Origin: Elsinoe ampelina
Lineage: Eukaryota
Assembly (NCBI GenBank): GCA_010093995.1
Contig: ML992512.1
Span: 248,001-277,502 of the forward strand
Direction: 5' to 3'
Length of the DNA: 29,502 nt
Of the stretch, positions 22,071-29,502 are shown piece by piece. The translations under genes and the position numbers were made by a program. The notes below the pieces were generated by a model, which was not told where the DNA came from, made no database searches, and worked only from the letters and a program-made list of their open reading frames with translations. Within the stretch, counting starts at the first letter, position 1. Each line of letters begins with the position of its first letter.

Positions 22071-24884
22071 TTAATGCGCCCCTCTAGCCTGCTTAGCCTA
22101 CTCAAGTCAGCCAACACTCCCCACCCACCCTCAACAACAACTCACCTTCATCAACTCGATCCTCGCCTTCAAATTCTGCGTCACCTCCGCCGCCCTCCTC
22201 CAACTCTCCTGCCCCTCCTGTCCCTGCCCTTGCGCAAGTCCACTCCCACTCCCACTCCTCGCCGCCCCACCAATCACACCCGCCCTACTACTCCCTTCCC
22301 TCTCCCTACCTCCCACCCCCTGGTCCCGCACAAACCCACTCAACGGCCTCGCAGTCGGCCGCACAAACCCAGCAGGACTCTGCCTGCCCCCCGGCCCCGA
22401 TTCCTCCACAGGCGACTTGACCCTCTCCCGCTCCCCGTTCACACCACCGCTCTTCAACCGCTGAGGCAGCATCAATTCACGGGGAAGGGAGTTCTCCTTC
22501 CCCTCCTCGTCAGGACTGCGCACGTCACGGCGGAAACCATTCACTCCACCCCCTGGGCCCGAACCCGCTCCTCCCAAGACACCGTTCCCCGTCCCGTTGC
22601 CCAAGGGGGGACTCACCCCCCCTCTATCCCCTCTCCCCTCCCCTCCCATCCCCGATCCCCTCCCGTCTCCCGTCCCGGAGATGCTCAACTGCCGCTTCAA
22701 CCTCTCCACCTCCCTCCCCAGCCCGTGACACCTCTCCTCGGCATCGTCCAGATCCCCCCTCGCGCGCACAAGCTGCGTCTCCTTCGCCTTGACGCTCAGC
22801 ACGTCCCGGGTGTGGTCTTCTATCAGCTGCGCGTTCTGGTTCTGGAGCTCGTGGATCTGCGACGACAGCCGCATCTTGTCCGTCCGTAGGTCGGCGTTTT
22901 GTTGCCGTAGCAGCTCCGTCTCGGCGCGCAGGTCGGCGAGTTCGGCCCGTTCGGCTGAGGAGAGGGAGGAGGGTTGGGGTGTCGCGCCTCGTGGGGAGGC
23001 AGGGGGCGAGGTGATGCTGGGTTTGCTGAGGGCGCGGGCGGTGAGGCCTCGGCCTGGGGTGGGGAGGCCGCGGGGTTGGGGTGGGGGGTCGTCGGTGAGA
23101 GCGGCGGTGGGTTTGCGGGCTGGAGAGGCGAGGACGCCGGGGCGGGTGAGGCCGGGCTTTTTGAGGCCGCCGCCGGGTGGGGGGAGACCTCGCGCGGTGG
23201 TGGTGGGTTTAGCTGGGGCGCGGGCGGTGGGGCGTGGAGCGAGGTCTTCGGCTGGGGAGGGGGCGCGAGCGGGCGCTGGTTTCTTGACGGCGCCGGCGGG
23301 GCGTTTGGTCGCTGGTCGCTTGCCGGCGGCGGCTGGTGCGGCGGCTGGTTTCGGGGGTGGTGCGGCTTTAGGCTTCCATTTCGCTCGCACTTCGGCCGAG
23401 TCGCGGTACTCTATGATTTTGGCTTTCCGGATGTCGTCGACGCCTTCGAGGTGGGCGAGCATGTTGCGGTCGGTCATGATCTTCCAGAGAACACCGAGAC
23501 ATTCTGCTGAGGCGTTACGGGTTGGTTCTTGCGAGTCGGAGAGGAGTGCTTTGGCTGCGTCGGCGATGAGCTTGACTTCGGACATTTGAGGGGCTTCCCG
23601 TGTAGTCTTGAGTGCCCGAGTGAGGAACTTGGTCGATTCCAACTTGACCAGAGGATTCTTGTGCTTCAGGAACTCGAGTGTCTCCTCCAGTACATCTGTC
23701 AGACCGGTGGCGAGGAAGACGGCATCGCATGCTCCAGCTAACGCATCAGTGACAGACTGCTTCTTCTCCTTGAATCGCTCGAGCATGGGTGAGAGAATCA
23801 TGTTCCGATACTTGGTGAACTTCTTCCTCAGACCCTTCGCGATGCACTCGATCGAGTTTGCTGCGACCTGCACAACTTGAATGTTTGCATCCTTCATGCT
23901 CTTTGCACATCCTCGAATGATGTTGTCGAATGGTCCGTCCTCCATCGCAGGCACATTGACCGCAGCGTAGAGCTCATCCAGAACATCCTTGCGATCTTTC
24001 CATTTTGATGATGCCAATCGCTCGTCGAGGTCCTTGGGTACCTTTGCAAATACATCGACTGCCATGTACTCTGGTTCCAAGTCAATCTCCGGCTCCTCAG
24101 CGTCATCAGCCCCAACTTCCTCATCGCCAGCTCCTGCGGCTGGCTTGGACTCCTCAATTGCTTGCTGTGACCGTAGTAATCTCTCCTGCTTCGGTGATGG
24201 TTCATCCTTGACCTTCTCGAAAAGCTTCTCCAAGTCCGTTTGTTGTACTGGTTTCAACTCGCCCCAAAAGAGCGGCTTCATAGCATCCTTCAGCCATCTG
24301 TACAGCTCAACTGTAAGATTCTGCGCCTCGGCGCGTACGTTCTTGTCCGCATGTCCGTAGACCTTTGGCAATTGCTTGATGACTGGCTTCGGCTCTATGG
24401 TCTTACACCCATACGCGTGGAAGAGCGAGGTGAGCGCCGAGAGTGTCGCAGCGATAACCTTTGGTTGTTTATGGGATAGCAGAGGAATGAGCTCGTCGAT
24501 GACCGGGTCTGCCTTGTCCAGCTCAACATACAGCATCAGCGCTTCGAGTGCAGATGCTTTGGCAGCTGGTCTACCAGTCAATCCCTTCTCCACGATCGGC
24601 GTGATGGTCTCGTTCCTCGTCCGCGTACATCCTGGCTTTCCAGCAATCTCCAGAAACGCGCACAGTGCTGCCAGACCTTCTTGTTGCGCTGCCACGTTCG
24701 AGTCTGCAGCGGCGCCTTTCCACAGGCTGGAATCCGACACAAAATCTCTCACAATCGAGTCCGTCTCTTGCGCCGTCTTGAATTCCTTTGCCGCCGTCTC
24801 GTAGGCTTCCTTGCGCACTTTCCATACTTTGTGTGTCCACCGGTCTGTCAAAGGGAGACTGCTGAAATCATCCTCTTCCGCCAT
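22071..24884 (-). CDS. STU2: XMAP215/Dis1-family microtubule polymerase (Stu2/Alp14/AlpA); exons 24884-22146, 22097-22071
   Basis: TOG1 (HKVWKVRKEAY, DSNVAAQQ) and TOG2 (SSKWKDRK, KDANIQVV, ERFKEKK), basic Pro-rich linker, coiled coil. Terminal intron GTGAGT..GCTGAC..TAG (22145-22098) gives the end ELMK-AKQARGAH*. Confidence 0.93.
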
Positions 24885-25543
24885 GTTGGCTGTGGTCTAT
24901 ATATCCCGGTCGCTGATTCTTGGGCGTGTATCCTTTACGGCTTGCGTTTCTAGTGGTTGACGGGATGATAGGCCCTAGGTAATCTGGTTATAACCGCGGA
25001 GGTGGCACTAGCGGTGCAGTCGGAAGTCCAGATGATTACAGTACGCCGCAGGTATCTCCAGTGGTCCGGTAGACAGTGGTCAGCGTAATAATCGATGCGC
25101 CGGGCGATACCGTTTGGTGGGGCGAGTTTATAGAAAATGTAGCTCAGGGTGTTTACTTGAAATAACAAAAGCTTTGGGCTGTGAGAGGATCCCCGCGTTG
25201 GTCAAGATGGTCGCGGCGCGTTTTTCAATCATAACGTGTATCTCAATTTCAGAGTATCCTATCGCGACGATAATTCTTCAGTATCCTGAAAGGTGCATTT
25301 GAACGCCGCACGACTAATCTAAGATCCGTGATAGCACGAGCTATCCTGTGATATCCTGTCTATAGTTAAAGATCCCCTTGGTCGAGCTTGCGGTCAGGAT
25401 TGCTCCGCAACGTCACTCCGACCATATTGTACACAATTGCGACCGACACACCAAACCACCTTTCAGCATAAATATCAGAGCTCAAACTTTTCGCATGAGC
25501 TTGGCTCGTGCCAATTGATGGTCGTGATCACGGAGCAACCGTC
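24885..25543. promoter_or_regulatory. Probable bidirectional promoter between STU2 and LIS1/nudF
   Basis: ~660 bp between divergent start codons (24884 minus, 25544 plus). No specific sites established. Confidence 0.55.
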
Positions 25544-27047
25544 ATGACCAATCTCTTGACGAATCGACAAGCAGAAGAACTGTACGGAGCCGCAAACATA
25601 TCGAGCTCAAGTCGCACACTAATTGCAGACGCAGACACAAGTCCTTGGTCGCATACCTCACTGCAGCAAATCTACCGAAAGCGGCTGCCGCGCTTCGAGA
25701 GGAAGTAGGACTCGGAGACAGCTTTGACGATGCAACTCGAAAGAAGTATGAGGGGCTGCTGGAGAAGAAGTGGACCAGCGTGGTGCGATTGCAGAAGAAG
25801 GTAGATTTCCGATGCAGGAGCTATGTGGATAACGTGTCTAATCAACGCAGATAATGGAATTGGAATCAAAAGCAGGGGCTTTACAATCAGAACTGGATAA
25901 TGCGACACCGACCTCCCTGTCACGGCGCAACCAAGATCCTGCGACATGGCTGCCTCGATCACCAGCATGGCACACTCTTCAGTCGCACAGGTCGCCGGTA
26001 ACGTGCGTGGCATTCCATCCAATCTTCTCATCATTAGCTTCTGGTTCGGAGGATAGCACGATCAAGATCTGGGATTGGGAATTGGGAGAGCTGGAGCGGA
26101 CAGTCAAGGGACACACTAAAGGTGTCCTAGATGTGGACTTTGGAGGACCTCGTGGAGGTACGCTACTGGCAAGCTGCAGCTCTGACCTGACGATCAAGCT
26201 GTGGGATCCCAGCGACGAGTACAAGAATATCCGAACGCTGCCCGGGCACGACCACAGTGTGTCTGCTGTGCGATTCATACCTTCTGGAGCGGCGGGTGCA
26301 CCAATGTCTGGCAATCTGCTAGCTAGCGCAAGTAGAGACAAGACGATACGTGTATGGGATGTAACGACGGGCTACTGCTTGAAGACAATCCGAGGACATG
26401 CCGACTGGGTCAGAGATGTGACACCGACATTCGACGGACGATGGCTTCTATCAGTCAGTAACGATCAGACTGCGCGTCTCTGGGATGCTTCGTCTGGGGA
26501 CCAGAAGATCACCTTTGTCAGTCACGAGCATGTTATAGAGTGCTGCGCATTTGCTCCGCCTGCGAGCTACACACACCTGGCATCAATGGCAGGATTGAAA
26601 AAGGCACCATCAGCCTCATCCAGTGCGGAATTCTGCGCGACTGGAGGTAGAGACAAGCTGATAAAGCTTTGGGACTGCCGGGGAACCCTGATCAAGACAC
26701 TGGTCGGCCACGACAACTGGATACGAGCTCTGGTCTTCCATCCGGGAGGGAAGTACTTGCTTTCATGTAGCGACGACAAGACTATCCGGTGCTGGGATCT
26801 TAGCCAGGAAGGCAAATGCGTCAAGACCGTGGAAGAAGCGCACGGACATTTCATCTCGTGCATGCGATGGGCACCCGGCATTGTAAAAGATGGAGGCGTA
26901 GCCCTGACGAATGGGGCCGAGGGGAGCGCGACGACCAATGGAACAGGGAAAGCCGGCGGAGCGGACGCCAAGACGGATACGACCAGCATCAGGTGTGTCA
27001 TCGCCACAGGCAGCGTTGACCTCAATGTGAGAGTGTTTGCCTCATGA
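25544..27047 (+). CDS. nudF: LIS1/NudF/Pac1 dynein regulator (LisH, coiled coil, WD40); exons 25544-25581, 25635-25800, 25851-27047
   Basis: [21 protein letters not shown] (LisH), [20 protein letters not shown], then WD40 repeats ending [15 protein letters not shown]. Two GT-AG introns join the pieces in frame. Confidence 0.95.
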
Positions 27048-27400
27048 GCACCAACGACTCGAGACCAGTACATAGACTTTGTAATGTTGTCATGACCGAG
27101 AAATGACCGATACCAAGACGCGAAGAGATTATACTTGCTTGGACGGACAAGCATGTCAATCAAGACTTGAGAACAAGAATCGCAGACAAGCGTGATCGGC
27201 TGCCGGAGACCCTCGAAGCATGCCAGAATTTGAGAGAGCACATGGCGAACATGTGGATCGTGGCATGATCTACACGTCAAACTCAGAGACACGTTCGAAG
27301 CATGCACGATGTGTGATCGATGTTCCATTCGGCAAAAGCGAAAACAGTCGATATCGGCCGACGTCATGCGGCTGTTTTCTGCGGCGGCGGCGGCGGAGGC

Positions 27401-27542
27401 TGTTGTAACTGGCAAATCGGATCGAGAGACGTGTATTTCATTCAGAGAGTTACAATAACCGATTTATCTACTGTGCGTGCGCTGACTCATTAGTGCTAGT
27501 TCTTTAGTACCAGAGAAGCTATACTAGCCTTCTATTACAATA
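27401..27542 (-). repeat. 3' LTR (142 bp)
   Basis: Plus strand begins TGTTGTAA (27401) and ends TTACAATA (27535-27542; TTACAACA with one CpA>TpA change): an 8-bp terminal inverted repeat directly abutting the PPT. Confidence 0.82.
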
Positions 27543-27551
27543 CTCCCCCTC
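27543..27551 (-). other. Polypurine tract (GAGGGGGAG)
   Basis: Plus-strand CTCCCCCTC lies immediately internal to the LTR, matching the typical Copia AGGGGGAG-TGT junction. Confidence 0.82.
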
Positions 27552-27903
27552 TAGTATAGATTATTAAAGCTAGAGAACTGTCCTATTATATATAAGTAAA
27601 GTAATTAGCTTATTACTTTATCTCTTTATAATTGCTTATAATTATTAGTGTTAGCTAATTATTAGTGAGAATTTACTATTAGTTTAGCTTATAATTACTA
27701 GCAAGGTTAGTAACTATTAATAATAGCTAGGTAGCTATTGTCTCTATTATTCTATATAAATAAATTAGCTTATAAATCTTAATAAGGGAGATATAAGTAT
27801 CTAGCTAACTTCTTTATAGTTTCTCTTTCCTTTATTATACTTATAATAATAGCTTACTATTTTATATTTTACTTTTATACCTTCTATAGTATAAACTAAC
27901 TCC

Positions 27904-29286
27904 TTATAGTATAAGTACTACTACTTAGCTAGGTATTAGTAGTATTACTACTAGTACTAGAGTACTAGGTAGTTCGCTAGGTAGTAGAGGTAGAGGATAT
28001 AATCTTTCTTAGTCTAGAGATTTAACTAGTTCTAAGATAAGAGAGTAGAGTACTATAAGAGCTATTACTAGACTAAATACTCTTAGTATATTATCTCTTA
28101 TATAGTCTAAAAAGTAGTACTAACTTGTTATAGTTAGGACTAAATAGGCTCTTACTTAAGAGCTTACTATAAGCATCTAGAACGACCTTACTAGCCTTAG
28201 GGACCTTAGATACTACAACTATAACTCACTATACTTAGTCTTTAGGTCCTCTACTATTTAGGCTTTTAGTACTAGTAACCTAGATCTTTTAGTTATAGCT
28301 ACTATCTAGGTAAAGAACCTAACTAAGACAATTAACTTAACTAGTTCTCTAACTTATATAGCTACCTTAATAGGAACTAGTACTACTAGAAGAGTTATTT
28401 ACTATAGTACTAACTACTATACTAAGTATTAGAGCTCTACTCTAGGTAATAATAGTAGCCTTAGTAAAGCTAGTAAGTTTAAGTAGTGTATTATAGTCTC
28501 TAGCTAGTTCTATAGTGCCTATACTAACTATACCTATAGTCTATAGTATAAGACTTACTCTCTTATCTAGTATACTTTAACTCTAAGGCCTCTAAAAGAA
28601 ACTCTAAGTAGTTTAAGGCCTATTACCTAACCTATTCTATATAGCCTAATATACCTACTAACTAAGCTTCTAAGGTCTTTCTCTTTTAGTAACACTTTAC
28701 CTTAAAGGTTCTTACTAAGGCCTACTTCTTCTTATAGTAGGCCTACTAATATTATTAATAAGTCCTTAGTATATTCTAACTTATGCTACTTTATTATAGT
28801 CCCTATAGACTTTACTAATCTAGTAAATTCTATATAGGCTAAGCTCTAGACTCTATAGGTTATTATAGCTAGGTTTACTATAAGTATAGCTAAGGTTATA
28901 TCTAGTAAGAGAGGTAGTCTTCTAACTATTTATACCTTTACTATATAAGGTTTAGCTAGTAGTATAGGTTATATAAGAAATATATCTAAATCTTCCCTAA
29001 GAAATAAAAGATTAAGGGCTAACTCTAATATATTAATAAGTAGTAGATCTTATACTAGCTCTAAGAGCTTTAAGAGGATAAGGACTTCTCTAAGGAAGTA
29101 ATTAGTAAAGTATAATAAGTAGTTAGTAGTATAGGATAGTAGTTAGTATTAAGTAGTAGATATAGCTTAGGTATAAGTAGCTAGTAATAAGGTTATAATA
29201 GCTTTTCCTTTCTCTCTTTTTAATGTTAAAGTAACTTACTTTAAGTTTTTAGACAAATAAGATAGCTTAATAAGTAGTAGTAGCAT
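27904..29286 (-). pseudogene. RIP-mutated extra ORF (~460 codons) between pol and PPT
   Basis: ATG at 29286. One frame gives protein-like segments along its length: KREKGKA, E*VLYYRL*V*LV*AL*N*LE, VEDLKTKYSEL*L*YLRS and a Pro/Ala tail after CpA restoration. Stops are TAA/TAG, revertible to CAA/CAG/TGG. 3' end uncertain (27860-27904). Confidence 0.65.
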
Positions 29287-29371
29287 AAATAATATACTTA
29301 AAATAATAATATAAATAAAATCTAAATAAGTGTATAGTATAGTAATATACTAAATAATTAGCTTTTGCTAA

Positions 29372-29502
29372 TTAGTTAAGAATCTTATTAAGAGACTTAA
29401 GCTTTATAAGTATATTAGCTAACTACTAAGTTATATTAATATACTTAAGCTTAATTACTCTAAGTTTATACTACTCTCTATAGTAATAATTCCTTAAATT
29501 AA
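29372..29502 (-). pseudogene. pol: C-terminus of Copia pol (RNase H), RIP-mutated
   Basis: Frame from 29500 reads NLRNYYYRE*YKLRVIKLKYINIT**LANILIK. Reverting only CpA/TpG transitions gives DLRNHYxREQ..GVI.L.YIDTTQQLADILTK, the Ty1/Copia RNase H signature (IDxRxHxxRE...QxADxLTK). Confidence 0.85.

Larger units (their letters stand above)
27401..29502 (-). mobile_element. 3' part of a RIP-inactivated Ty1/Copia LTR retrotransposon (continues beyond window)
   Basis: Extreme TpA excess and near absence of CpA/TpG. Copia-type RNase H C-terminus at the right edge, GAGGGGGAG polypurine tract, and a TG..CA-bounded LTR. Confidence 0.88.

Noticed and set aside
21960..23589. Long plus-strand ORFs 21960-22889 and 22789-23589 (similarly 4721-5290, 10681-11439, 15550-16074)
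   Set aside because: Shadow or alternative frames of GC-rich real genes; low-complexity translations without motifs.
28024..28080. Apparent transmembrane helix (VFSLVIALIVLYSLILELV) in the extra Copia ORF, suggesting an envelope protein
   Set aside because: RIP converts GCA/ACA/CCA/TCA into GTA/ATA/CTA/TTA, creating artificial hydrophobicity. It cannot be called a TM helix without a de-RIP consensus.
29234..29239. GTAAGT donor-like site near the start of the extra ORF (minus strand)
   Set aside because: Equally explained by RIP of GCAAGT; the unspliced frame continues sensibly into KREKGKA.
27480..29502. AT-rich block as centromere, organellar insertion, contamination or CRISPR-like array
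   Set aside because: The TpA-rich, CpA/TpG-poor composition plus LTR, PPT and RNase H remnants explain it as a RIPed Copia element; no regular repeat-spacer structure.

Overview
Gene-dense segment of a filamentous ascomycete genome (probably Dothideomycetes; short ~50 bp GT-AG introns, RIP). Left to right: a 3-exon CYP7/CYP8-like cytochrome P450; an internally deleted MDR/zinc-ADH-like pseudogene; ERV41; a 4-exon PHD+MYST histone acetyltransferase (Sas3/Mst2 type), divergent from a 4-exon complex I MWFE/NDUFA1 gene; two small hydrophilic hypothetical proteins; REX3; a secreted M43 metalloprotease; a protein built of two tandem F-box-like units; a Ser/Pro/Arg-rich hypothetical protein; and Stu2/Alp14 (XMAP215) head-to-head with LIS1/NudF. 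The last 2.1 kb (27401-29502) is the RIP-destroyed 3' end of a minus-strand Ty1/Copia retrotransposon: RNase H C-terminus at the window edge, polypurine tract and a 142-bp 3' LTR. Most interesting: between the end of pol and the PPT lies a ~1.4 kb RIP-mutated extra ORF in the 'env' position, invisible to the ORF track. Exon boundaries and de-RIP translations were worked out by hand; no database searches were run.
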